From the NCBI GenBank assembly GCA_002256025.1, contig NKIB01000377.1, positions 1-33,204 of the forward strand: a DNA stretch of 33,204 nt, written 5' to 3'. Below the pieces are notes generated by a model that saw nothing but the letters and a program-made list of their open reading frames with translations, made no database searches and was not told the origin of the DNA. Positions 1 through 11,645 of this stretch are shown one piece after another (position 1 is the first letter of the stretch; each line of letters starts with the position of its first letter). Made by a program: the position numbers and the translations under genes. This DNA comes from Asterionella formosa. Taxonomy: Eukaryota.

Positions 1-71
1 TGAAGTATTTCAAATAATTATGTGAAGTATTTCAAATAATTATGTGAAGTATTTCAAATAATTATGTGAAG
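1..71. repeat. 22-bp tandem repeat (TGAAGTATTTCAAATAATTATG) x3+, with degenerate copies continuing to ~252; truncated by window edge
   Basis: Exact copies at 1-22, 23-44 and 45-66, plus a partial copy at 67-71. Diverged units (tcaaataatt, gatgtattca) recur at 120-215. Confidence 0.9.
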
Positions 72-295
72 GTGATCACGTAATATAGTGATGATCAGGA
101 ATGCATGCATGATACTCTGATCAAATAATTAACGTGATGTATTCAGATAATATATAGATATATTCAAGTAAGCATTTTGATGTATTCAACTAATTCATAT
201 GATCCATTCAAAATCAACTAGGCTTATTTACGTGATGGTCACTTCACGTAATACGCGGCTTAGATGTAGTTATGGAATTAGAAACTTTGAAAGGC

Positions 296-687
296 AAATA
301 ACAATGGCAAACTACTACCATATAGTGCAATATCCAATATTGCTGCATCTAAGGCGGCTACACTGGCTTGGCTAACAAAACATGTAGTCCAGTACCAGTT
401 GTAGAAGCTATATCAGGCGGCAAAGGCAACTAATTCACTAGTACAATTACCTGCTACTAAGAGACTAAATGATTCACAGTCATTGGCAGGCCATATCTCG
501 CTCATCTATTTCTAACCTGACAACAAATTCAGGTTCAAAGATCCAACTCACGAAATGCAATAGAGACTTACTCACCCAAAAGGAAAGACGCCATGCTGCA
601 TTTGCTGTTGAAAAGGAAGATATTGTTGAACTGGTGTCAAAAGCATGGGATGAATCCTTTGCCCATATCGCTACAAACCAGGGCTAG
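296..687 (+). mobile_element. Degenerate, internally deleted pogo/Tigger-like (DDE_1) transposase remnant
   Basis: Peptide GSKIQLTKCNRDLLTQKE...EKEDIVELVSKAWDESFA resembles the C-terminal helix region of pogo-type transposases (DIVxLVxxAWxxSF). An upstream frame (KYNGKLLPYSAISNI...AWLTK) contains stops. Recognised from memory. Confidence 0.4.
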
Positions 688-752
688 GTACAGTACCTTG
701 TATCATCGACCGTACCTCCCAGTGGTACGAGGTGGTACTCCCTACCAGAGTA

Positions 753-849
753 CCAGCAAATTGCGGCAATTTTGCTGAAGCTAAAGATTTTGCTATCTTT
801 AATCCTTGATTAAAATGTTACTTTAAGCAAAATGACCGCAACTTGTAGG
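753..849. mobile_element. ~97-bp MITE-like element, copy 1 (terminal inverted repeats, TA on both flanks)
   Basis: CCAGCAAATTGCGGCAATTTTGCT...AGCAAAATGACCGCAACTTGTAGG form ~24-bp imperfect TIRs. TA lies at 751-752 and 850-851. Confidence 0.7.
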
Positions 850-941
850 TACCTGGTCCCTTCGGCATGCGGAACAGTACTTGGACACCCTGGTACCTAG
901 GTTTCTTGTTATCTGGTACTACCAGGTACCGGTACCGAGCA

Positions 942-1037
942 CCAGCAAGTTGCGGTCATTTTGCTTCAACAAACATTTTAATCTGGGATAAAGATAGCTA
1001 AATCTTTAGTTTCAGCAAAATTACCGCAACTTGCAGG
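942..1037. mobile_element. ~96-bp MITE-like element, copy 2, inverted relative to copy 1
   Basis: The whole element aligns to the reverse complement of 753-849 with scattered mismatches. Its own TIRs are CCAGCAAGTTGCGGTCATTTTGCT...AGCAAAATTACCGCAACTTGCAGG. TA lies on the right flank. Confidence 0.7.
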
Positions 1038-1478
1038 TACCAGTACCATTACCATTGTGCGAGACGACGAGGAGCGAAATGGTGAGGACGGAATCTTGGT
1101 TTGGCTGGTTGTACCTCAAGAAATCGTTTCTTGGGTTTTCTAGTCATCGTCATTGTACACATCATGTGGTTCAAACACGTGCTAGTTCAAAATTCCTTTT
1201 CCGTTAGATTACGTTACCAAGTACAGCTATATCCTTCGTACTTCATGGCTCTTACGTTGGAACAACGTAGAAATCAAGGTGGTTCTAAAAAGTGGCCGTT
1301 TGTCCTTTGGCGCCATATTTCACATCGTTTATTTTGTACCTGTTAGACTGAAAAGCTTCTATCCCTTTTCACCTACTCTCTATACAAATAAGCTTGATAC
1401 TGTTGCCATTTCCTTCAACAAAAATTCATTCTGACATAACTACATCCCATTTGACCACTCGAAAACATCTGCTCAAGA

Positions 1479-4140
1479 ATGAGCCATCGACAGTCGTTGG
1501 GCGGATCTGCCCTTCGAGACTCCAGTTCAAGATACAACAATAGCACCAGTAGACGCAGCAGTTTTGGCGGAGGAAGGACAACTGTCAAGGAAGCAACGCC
1601 TCTGAAAGATAGCAGGACCATGCTGGAAGACTGGCGTCGTCAAAGCACCCATGATGACATGCACGCCGCCTCCTCTGCCAACAAGCGAGATTTCGTAGAA
1701 GCTGGGACAACCGCATTGGAACGATATCGTATGAAGAAGCTGCAAAAGCTGGAACAAGCGGAGAACAGTCTCCCACCATCGCATGGATTTAGTTCCGGAA
1801 TGCCTCCAAGAGCTGTCAATTCAGCGCCTATCTTTGATGATGACGATTTGACGGGGGACTATAGTCGAGTTACTATGGGAACACCTGCCTTTAGTCGACG
1901 ACTTGCGGGGGGTGGCCGTGCTGCAAGGCGACGAAGCTTTTCCGTGGGATCTCGCCATCGTGCCCGAGACACTTCTCCGTGCTTGACGCAAGATAGTGAA
2001 GGTAAATTTTTGGTGCAGCTGTGGGCTGGTGATTCCTTGATAGGAGTAGTGTCTCTAACTCGTTTTCTTTACGACCGCAGCTTCCCTTTCGCAGCCCTTG
2101 AGCCAGTTGACGACCTTCTCTGCTCCAACACCTATGATTACTCACCAGCCAGTTCCCGAAGAAGTCAACACCGTGGAAGGAGCCGGACTGCGATCGAGAA
2201 TTCAAGAGATGCAGCAACGTGTGGATCAGTTGGAGAAAGAAAAGATGGTTCTGTCAATGTCTAAGGCACCGCTAGAGGCTCGGTTTCGACAGAAGGAAGA
2301 TGCATGGAAAAAAGAGCAGAGAAGATTGCATCTTGAGATCGACTCGCTGATGCAAAGCTCTCAAGAAGCTGACGAACGATGCCGTGACTTGGCGGTCAAG
2401 TGCGACGCACTCCAGGAGGAAGTGACAAAGTTAAGATTTGCAGCACGCAAGGCTGCGAGTACTCTCAATAGTCATCAAGGTGACAATACTGTTTGGTCAA
2501 GGCAACTACAAAATGATCGCGACGTTATTGATTTGAAAGATAAACTAAGGAATGCAGAGGAGGAAATCAGGCACTTACGGTTGGAAAAGGTTTCAGTAGA
2601 GAAAGAAGTGAATGCAACCAAAATGGAATTGGACTCGTTAATTCGAAGCTATGATGAACTGCAAGCAGAATACGACGAGGTGGCTGCTTCGAAATCAGAG
2701 GATAAGGAGGCCGAAATAAAGCTTGAAGTGCTGACGATGGAGCACATTGCAACAGCTGCACAGTTAAACGCGGTCTGTGCAGACCTTGCAGCGACTAAGG
2801 CTCGCACTGACGCCGCTATGGAAGAGAAAGATAATGAGCACAAGAAGGAAGTTGCACAGCTCCAATTCCATATGAGTGTGCTCAAAACTCGTGCATCCAA
2901 GGCTGTGAACGACGATAAGCAGTCACGTCCGTCCGACGAGGAAGATGATGCAGTCCTTCGCGCCAGAATCGAGGCTCGCGACCGACGTATTATTGAATTG
3001 GAAGCTGCATTGCTCAACGGAGAGCAGATCCGACGTCAAATGCATAACCGAATTCAGGAATTGCGAGGAAACATTCGTGTCTTTGTTCGGACTCGCCCGT
3101 TCCTTCCTGGTGATGGTGCTCACCTCGACTCGTCAATTGAAGTGTGCCCAGATGGAGAGAATATGTCCATTGTCGATCACCGTGGAGGAGGCGATCATGG
3201 ATTCAAGTTTGATAAGGTATTCCCTCCTTCGGCCGGTCAAGATCAAGTATTTAATGAAGTTGCTGACTTTGTCCAGAGTGCGCTTGATGGTTACCATGTC
3301 TGTTTATTTTCGTACGGTCAGACTGGCTCTGGAAAAACGCACACAATGCAAGGAAGCGGCAAGGGTGTTATGAGGGGTATTATTCCAAGAGCTGTCGAAC
3401 AAATATTATCTCAAGTCCTTCTGATGCAAAATCAAAAGTGGGAGTTCACGTTGAGTGCCAGCTTCTTGGAGATTTACAATGAGGAGCTCAAGGATTTGCT
3501 AGCCAACTTGAGATCTGATGGAAGACCTGTTCAGGCTGATAAGCTTTCAATCAAACGTGATAGGGACGGAAAGAGTTACGTTGATGGCCTTGCGGAAGTT
3601 CCAATCGATGGCAGAGACGCAGATGTTGGTATGGGTCAATTGGCAAATCTCATGGAGTCGGCAGCTCGTTCTCGGTCAGTGGCAAGTACGAAAATGAATG
3701 CGCAGAGTTCACGTAGTCACTCAGTCTTCATGTTGCACCTTCGTGGCTACAACGAAGATAGCGGCGCAGTTGTTCATGGAGCCCTCAATTTGTGTGATCT
3801 TGCTGGAAGCGAGCGATTAGATCGCAGCGGAGCAGGAACGGACGCAAAGCGATTGAAAGAGACTCAGGCAATTAACAAGAGTCTTAGTTGCCTGGGGGAC
3901 GTCTTCAACGCTCTTGCTACCGGAGCTTCTCATGTTCCGTATCGAAACTCTAAGTTGACTTACCTCCTGCAAGATTGTCTCAGTGGGGATGGAAAGGCTT
4001 TAATGTTTGTCAACCTCAGTCCAACTCTTGAAAGCAGCAATGAAAGTCTCTGCTCACTACGATTCGCCCAACGTGTCAATTCTGTGGAGTTGGGAAAGCC
4101 AACAAAGAACATTCAGTACTCAAAAGTTGGCAAGCGATAG
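1479..4140 (+). CDS. Kinesin-14 (C-terminal motor, KIFC1/Kar3/Ncd-like), ~860 aa; exons 1479-2001 and 2081-4140
   Basis: Intron 2002-2080 (GTAAAT...CTAAC...CGCAG, 79 nt) joins ORFs 1479 and 2098 in frame. The protein has a basic N-terminal tail and a long coiled coil. Motor-region motifs: neck RRQMHNRIQELRGNIRVFVR, P-loop GQTGSGKT, switch I SSRSH, switch II DLAGSE, and HVPYRNSKLTYLLQ. Confidence 0.95.
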
Positions 4141-4391
4141 TGCCCTGTTTGGGACATCGAAAGAACTAATACTCTAGAGGGAAACAATTAGAGTTGCAAA
4201 TCAATGCTTGTTTTGTTAGTTACCTTTTCGATTCGCCCAACGTGTCAATTCTGTGGAGTTGGGAAAGCCAACAAAGAACATTCAGTACTCAAAAGTTGGC
4301 AAGCGATAGTGCCCAAAGACATCGAAAAAACTAATACTCTAGAGGGAAACAATTAAAGTTGCAAATCAATGCTTGTTTTTAGTTACCTTTT
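4060..4391 (+). repeat. Tandem duplication (~169 bp + ~163 bp) of the kinesin 3' coding end, stop codon and 3' UTR
   Basis: 4060-4228 is repeated at 4229-4391. The coding part is identical; the part after the stop has several substitutions and small indels. Confidence 0.92.
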
Positions 4392-4399
4392 GTGGCAAA

Positions 4400-6070
4400 T
4401 ACATCTCTTGATTCTGATTCCACGATAGCAAGTGATAACCGCGTGCATTTGGGATCCACACAATGCTCATCTGTGGGGATGATTGTATGCTTCACTCAAT
4501 TCTAGCCACAAGGTTTTCGGGTGTATCCGACTCTGGTATCCTTGCTTGGACTAGCAGATCTTCATGGGGAGTAGTTAGTATATAGTCGTCATCCTTGCTA
4601 TTTATTATCTCGCCTTAACAGTCTTGAGGCTGGAACACTGAGCGCAGGGTCAATGCCAGTACATAATCTCCAATAGGGTTCGTGCGTAACCCAGCACGAA
4701 CTGGTGGATTGAAATTCTAGGGTTGGTTGCATGAAAATAGTAATTATAGTTGAACTGAACATAATACAGGACTTATACAATCTAATATAGTATATCTAGC
4801 GTGGTACATACTGTACCATAGGTCACTCAAACTGGAACAAAATATTATCCTGCTTATCCCTATAGCGGCAAGCAATATCATTTGCTTTGATTGCCTCACC
4901 ATCATGTTACTCAATATTGCCGTCGTTTCATGTAAAAAGTGATTCCTCAAAATCTTTTAGAATTATTCATCCAATCATGATGGGAATACTTTTGGAGAAT
5001 CACTTTTCACAAGATATTCAAAAATTATAGCAACATCAGTTTTGGCCACCATCATCACCAGGGACCCTGCTAGTCATGGTGTTTGGTTGTTGGTTGATCA
5101 ATTCAGGGGACATCTTCATGAAAAATACTCTTCTGGTGCTAAAATACAATTTTTATGAAGCTATCTCAATAAGGTGTTTCCAAATCAATTGTTGGAACCA
5201 AACAAGGTCCAGATTTCAACAAGCAGCCAAGAAGCAGGTGATGGTATTCCAACATGAGTATCAAATGAAGGGCGAAAGTAGGCAAAGATTTATAAATAAA
5301 TGAAAATCTGTTCTATAGCACATTTGTTCTTCTCCTTTTCAAGGCAAGTATTCGTTGATGTCGTTCATGCATAGAGTATACTCTTCATTTCGCAAGAGTC
5401 GTTCATGGTCTAGGCCATTCTTGGCATGACTTACTGCATGGGTCTTGTTTGATCACATTCCATGGACTGGTCCCCACCATTTTCATCAGTAATATGCAAA
5501 GCTTCATCAAAGGACCTCAGTAGATGCGATCGATCCTTGGTCTGATCGTCTTTATTGTCGTCTTCTCCACAATGTTCTGTCAGCATCAACGGCATTACCA
5601 CAGGTTTGATGCTAGATTCTACGGCCTCGCTTTGAAGAGTACTCAATCGTCTAATGACTCGTTGCTGAAAATTGGGAGCAAACTTGGAGTATTTCTTGCC
5701 TGTTTTGTCATTGGTAACAGGCATAGGAATATCGTTCAAACGCTCCGCAAGAAATCCTTGGAGCTCTTGCTTGAGCTTCATTCCAGTGGCTGCCTTGCGG
5801 TCTCGAATTTGTTGTTTCAGTTTTTCCCATTGAACTTTGCTACCAATGATCTGTTGGACTTCCCTTTGAGTAAGCAATGGCCCGGCGAGGTTCGCATCGT
5901 AAGGAACCAGAGCCACGAAGACTGTCTCGATGTTTCTCCACTACCTCCGTGTCACAGGATTGTTTTGCCAGTTTCAACAAGCCACCAATAGAAAGATTGG
6001 ATCCTCACCCCTCCGAATCGACGGTATTCACGTTCAAGTTTGAGTTAGTACCAATCTCCTTTGCGTTCAT
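4400..6070 (-). pseudogene. Decayed coding relic of unknown family (probably TE-derived), including ORF 5431-5916
   Basis: Protein-like reading frames on the minus strand are broken by TGA/TAA stops (e.g. ...FEYLVKSDSPKVFPS*LDE*F*KILRNHFLHETT...). The 161-aa ORF starts at GTG just after a stop. No recognisable domain. Confidence 0.3.
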
Positions 6071-6481
6071 GGAGGTACGGTAAAGAAGAGAAAGGGAGCG
6101 AGTATGTGGGGATTCTGTCTGTGTGTTGAACGCAAATATCAGGCAGAAGAAAAAAGAACGTAGAGTATTAAAGATGGGTGCAAAGAACATTATGAGAAGG
6201 CAGTGGGCTAAATTGTATCGATTCTCCGACGACGGCATTTTACAGGGCCCCATCCCAATATTAATAGCCTCCGTTCTGTCGTGAAAAAATTTCATGATTA
6301 AAAAAAAAGATTAGGGCAGTACCGCCAGATGTCATAATATATATATATGCAGAATACTTAAAAAATAACACGATTACCGTATTAGGTGTGCCGGCATATC
6401 ATTATGAAAGTCGCTCGTGTTTCCAGGAACCTGCGAATTCCTGGTATGTATGAGTTAATCGAGAGTCCCCACAAAGCTATA

Positions 6482-6561
6482 CCGGTACTACCGGTAAGTA
6501 TTTATTAGCGCGGTCATATTGCCGGTACTACCGATACTTATTTATTAGCGCGGTCATATTG
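6482..6561. repeat. 40-bp direct tandem repeat x2
   Basis: CCGGTACTACCG(GTAAG/ATACT)TATTTATTAGCGCGGTCATATTG occurs twice in tandem. Confidence 0.9.
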
Positions 6562-7019
6562 CAATAGAATATACTATTTTTCGACATCCATCGGTAATAA
6601 ATTTAATATATTCGAGTGACAGATACCGGTACCAGGTACCCTCCTGGGAACGAGAACCTGCATGTCGTACAAATAGAACGATCATCAATGTAGCCTCATA
6701 CCGGTAGTAAAATATCTAAAAGAAGGCTGAACAGACCGCTTCCGAAATTTCAAGGCGATTAAAACGTCGAGCTGGGTAATTAACACCCTTATCGTTTGCA
6801 TAAAACAAAACCAAATGGATACGAGGTAACGGTACTCCCGTACCCTTCGTAGGCCAATAGCGGCTTTTTTTGTTTTGGTGCTTCTTTGTGGTTGTTTTGT
6901 TACGTAATCACGTGGTAAAAGGTAGGGTTCCTGGTAGAGTACGTAGCACAGGTACTTTGGGCATTACATTGCTCCCACCTCGTCTGCCTGCCAAAAAATC
7001 TCAAAAAATTTCTGTGCAA

Positions 7020-7685
7020 GATGGTGTGAGAACGAGAGTTGATGATGGGCAAAGGTGCCATCATTTCATGACTTTCCAATTGCATTTACCCATCACTGTG
7101 GATCCAAAATTATCATGTAAATATCGCAAAAGGTCATCAACTTGAAAGAATGACAGTTTTGCTGAGGGAGCTCACTCAAGATAATCAGAGGTAAGAAAGT
7201 GATGGGCATTGTGGTCACTGCAAAACTGTAGATGATGCTGATACAACTGAGCTATATGCCCTTGAAAATCACTTCTAGATCTTTTCTGATGTTTATCCAT
7301 ACACCTTTTACTAGTTTGGAAGTGACATGGTAGTAGATGAAATGGTGGCTAAATAGAGTGTTAGCATTGCTCCTTTCAGTCATGGCAGAAGATGCCATGC
7401 TTGCATATAAACACTTCTCATGCACTATTTTCGCAAGATCTTTGCGAAGGCATTGGTATGTAATCCTTATTACAAAAAGGAAGAAGAAGAAGAATCGCAG
7501 AGGAGGATCCAAAATTCTGAGCACAGAGTTTTTGGCTGCCCAAAGGCACACTAGTGGATGCTGACAGTTCCCACCTCCAAAGTACATGTGTAGACTGGAA
7601 AATGATGACTTGGACATGTTTTACATGTTCCATGGTTATGCTTTGATATGTTGATTGTTGTTTATATCATTCCATTGAAGCAGTA
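7020..7685 (+). mobile_element. Internally deleted, decayed piggyBac-like transposase
   Basis: N-terminal-like MGKGAIIS*LSNCIYPS...KGHQLERMTVL is followed by SLEVTW**MKWWLNRVLALLLSVMAEDAMLAYKHF, which resembles the piggyBac C-terminal W..RVFAFLL motif. A Cys/His-rich tail QSTCVDW...CFTCS...VDCCLYH follows. The central DDD core is absent. Confidence 0.55.
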
Positions 7686-9783
7686 TTTTAGTCCTTCTAG
7701 TCCAGACTGATCTGTGTCTGCGGAATTTTTTATGTTCTGACTGACACAAAACAAAATATTTGTAGTTCAAAGTCCAATCTTTTGTCATTAACATGTGGTA
7801 TAGCCCTTTGAATCAGGAGAAAAAGTACTATCCAACGATTTCTCTAAAGTTAAAGGAAATTAACAATACAGTTTTCAAATTGAGCCTCAATGAGAGACTG
7901 AAATCAGCCTAATGTTCCTGAAAGAACCCGATAAGTAATAAAGGGAGGTGACGCTGATGTGCGGCATGGCGGGTGTGCAAACCTAGCAGCTGGCACTTAC
8001 CATAGGAAGTGCTGGAAGCTACAGTGATTATATGAGCAGGAATTGTGTGGTTGTGCTGCTGTGTTGCAACAAACAATTCTACATTTTTGTAACAAGAAGC
8101 CAAAGTCTGATTTGTTCATGTGATTTTTTTCTTATATGGATCAAATAAAATTGTGACAATTCGATTTGACCAAACATTTTACTACGGTTTTAATGGTGCC
8201 TCAACTTTGTTCATGTTCCGAAATTTGAGCACACACGAGCAATTATAAATTTGAGTGATATCATTGGAAAATTGCTTTTATTTGGGGTCAATTTCAAGAA
8301 TTAAATATATATATATACAGCTTCTAATTTGAATATTCATTTACTATTTTTTCCCACAAATGCCCAGTAGATACCGGTATGTCCCTACACATTCAATTTT
8401 CATACATATATTCCGGGTATATAAATAGTTATGGTCATATCATAATGCGTCACTGTGCATTCTATTGGTTTAAAATATGACTCGTGCTGTCAGCATTTCA
8501 AATTACAATAGAAAAAGGATTAGGTTACCTTGGATTCATATTTAGACATACATTTTGACATGTAACAATAAGCTGCTTGTTCTTTAGGCGACTAGAAATT
8601 TCGATGCTAAAATGTGAACACAAATTTGCCTGGTGAATGATTGATCGACTATACAATATGCTCATTCTCAGACAATTTTGTGCAAAAAATTGTATCCTTT
8701 CGACTATGTGGGATACTCAAGACATTTTTGATATGGTGGATTGACCAGAAATTCAACTTACTGAGTAGAAGATGCCTAATAGAGCCTTCGCAGCGGACTG
8801 TAATTTTCAATTTAGAAATTAATCTGTTTGAAACAAGAAAACTACATCGGAAATTCGAAAAATACAACAGTGGCAGGTGTCCAACAAGACGTGGTTGTTT
8901 TCATGAGGATTTCAATCACGTTGTCCTTTGTTCTTGTAATACTATCATCCGGAGAGCAAAGCATGGGAGGAGATGTTGTTAGCTTTAGCTTACTGGGAGA
9001 TTCATATGGTGCCCTTATACCACAAAACAATTCCGAATGGAAATGGCTGGAACCTGACTTTTGGAAGGGGTTGTCCGCTGGAAGGAAGCCGTAACATCAT
9101 AGTCTAGTAGCTGTAGGAACATAAATTGATAAGCTACCAATTTTTCAATACCGATTTGTAGGCACCAATTTGGAACATAAAATGGTATCATTCTAGTTCC
9201 GTACCCAATTTTAAAAAAAGAATTGGGTACCTTATCGACTGTGATATCACATCCAACGACGTCATGATCAGATCCTCATATACAAATTTGAACAGCCCAG
9301 AAGTTTGAGATGCTTGATACCAATACTGTTCTAGATTGATATCAAAGCTTGCTAGTTATTTGGGATCTTTCGCCTCCATTTGGGAACCAAAGGGGTATCA
9401 GGAGTTCCGGCAGAGTCAGCAATCAGCTGCGTCGTCAATATCTTTTGAAACCATGCAATTTCACATGGAGCACTTGACATGTATAAATAGAATTATTCCT
9501 CTGGTATGTAGGGTATGGAAACGTGTAGCAGGAGCGAATACTTAAAGGAGATTGTTGTACATCTTTTCCCATAGTAACCTGATAAATAATTTATTAGTTG
9601 GCATGTACTATGTGTTGACTGGTGGTATTTGGACGCCCCTCTCGCATGTGATGGATAAGGCGATCATACATCATGCTACACCCCCCTCCATCACCATTAT
9701 AAACAATAGTTGCATCCGATGAATAACTCTAACAACTAAACAAACATGGATGAGACCAATATTCTAAATAGGTAAATTTGCTA

Positions 9784-9846
9784 GGGGAATGGCTTAATTG
9801 GTTAGAAGTCCTCATGAGGTGGCGGGTTCGATTCCTGCATTCTCCA
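9784..9846 (+). pseudogene. tRNA-derived sequence (tRNA pseudogene or head of a tRNA-SINE), possibly from tRNA-Met(CAT)
   Basis: A box TGGCTTAATTGG and B box GGTTCGATTCC. T-stem GCGGG/CCTGC and acceptor stem GGGGAAT/ATTCTCC plus discriminator A. Only 63 nt long: U8 is missing and the anticodon arm is shrunk to CCTCATGAGG. Confidence 0.7.
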
Positions 9847-11319
9847 CCTGTCTTTCATTTATGTAGTCCCTAGGGTTCCGGGGGGTAAGGCTGACAAAGA
9901 GACAGGTCCTGTTATACCATACGGACAAATAAAACCGGTAAAAATTGTTTCCATTCAAGTGGCCATGAGTGCGATTATTGGATAGTTGTAACATAGTAGT
10001 ACAAATTTTAATTAAGAACATTTTAACTAGCTAAAGTTGTTAGTCAAATTGAGGCTGATGGCATGATAACTACATGTATAGATCATATATGTATCATCCC
10101 CCGTTCTAGTGAGTTTGTAAGGCTGAGGATGGATCAGTCGGTTGGTAAAACAAAACAAATTTAAGCAAATTAAGTTTAAGCAAACCAAGTTACCGTAGTC
10201 CTTAATTCATATGTATATAGCTGGTGCTGCGTCACCACGGTCAGAAGGAAAGTGATGCATTTACTACCGGCATTGGTCTAGGTAACGGTATGTCAACAAT
10301 GTACCGGTTATACCGCTTTTCTACATGTAGTCTTTCATTTGATGTACGAAGGGTATTACTGGTAGTTTTGACACTCACAGCAACATCCTTTATTACATTT
10401 CTCGACTTGCTTCTACCACTTTGCAAATTGCCGATTCGCCATCAATCAACTCTCTGTACTAGATAAATGACTTATTTCATATCTATTGCTCCGATTATTC
10501 ATGTTATTGTTATAGTCTTATGTGTTGTGTAGCTAGCTACTACTGTAAAAATGTCAAAGCTGCTTGTAACATTGTCGTTTTAAAAATTGCGCATCTCTAA
10601 TTTACATAAAAATGTGCCGTTAGCGACTTCAATTTTCGTTGTCAATATTAATGTTGTTAGGAAATTTCTTTTATGATTATATTGTCCATGTCGTGATTGA
10701 TATATGTTTCAAATAGCAAAGCTTTGTTCTCATTTTTCATGGAGATATTTGTTATTTTCGTCATGGTCAAGGCCAAGACAACATGATGGAATATTCTCCA
10801 GCCCCTCAGAACGACTACACTGTTTTTGTATAGACAAAAAACTCATAATCTATGCTAAATAATTACATACTAGTGGCAACAAGTGCTACCTTGGGTACCC
10901 TGTGCATGACTGATCCAGAAAATGGTATGATATCCCAGTGTTCATTATATGGGTGGAGAATTGTAGGGCGTAGGTAGGTGATTGTGATGGCAGATTGGTT
11001 GAAATGATTATGTCAAACATTAAGCAAAATTGAAAGTTCAGTAAGCAAATGTAGTTTAAAGCTAACCAAGTTTAAGCAAAATGGTAAAACTTTGGAGCCT
11101 AACATATGGAAGCAAATGGCAGAATAAGCAAAGCAGATTGGTCTCATTATTAAGGGTAAATCAAATTAAAACTAAATATAATGTGAAACAGCAAGCCAGC
11201 CGGGTTGGTTTGTTAAATGGAAATCAAAGCGATACACATGTATCAATTTGATTCCGGTACAAAGATGTACGTAGCACTTTGGTAATATCAAAATTACGGC
11301 AACTTCCTGATTTACAAAC

Positions 11320-11424
11320 TTCTTCAATCTAACAACTTGCTGGTAAGCAAGCGTTTAGTGTGTGTGATTTTTGATGCTGGATAATAAAGGCACCCAAAAC
11401 CAGCAAGTCGTTGATTTGAGGAAG
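11320..11424. repeat. Imperfect ~25-bp inverted repeat sharing the CCAGCAAGT core of the MITE termini
   Basis: TTCTTCAATCTAACAACTTGCTGGT (11320-11344) pairs with ACCAGCAAGTCGTTGATTTGAGGAA (11399-11423). Confidence 0.55.
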
Positions 11425-11613
11425 ATCTCAGTCTGCTGCAACAAAAACAACAATACCCCAAATTTCTCGGAGCAGCCAAGTCGGGAGTAGTGATATAGGA
11501 TTAGCATACAAAGTTTCAGACTGGATGATAAAACATTTTGTTGGTCGCGGCGTCGGATTCGTACATCACAACAGCTCCAATGTCAGGTTTCCAAAGAGGG
11601 TATAACAGGGTAA

Positions 11614-11614
<1 letters not shown>

Positions 11615-11644
<30 letters not shown>

Positions 11645-11645
11645 T
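11615..11645. repeat. (TATG)7 microsatellite
   Basis: Direct read of the sequence. Confidence 0.95.

Noticed and set aside
1..71. CRISPR-like repeat array
   Set aside because: The units are head-to-tail with no unique spacers, there are no cas genes, and the context is eukaryotic.
1479..2264. Separate 261-aa gene overlapping the kinesin
   Set aside because: It is kinesin exon 1 read through the 79-nt intron; splicing fuses it in frame with the motor ORF.
8600..9545. Short ORFs on both strands as a possible gene
   Set aside because: No recognisable motif, non-ATG starts, and no consistent exon structure could be built. The 10-bp inverted repeat at 9201-9230 alone is uninformative.
9784..9846. 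Functional tRNA-Met gene
   Set aside because: It is only 63 nt long, lacks U8 and has no full anticodon stem-loop.
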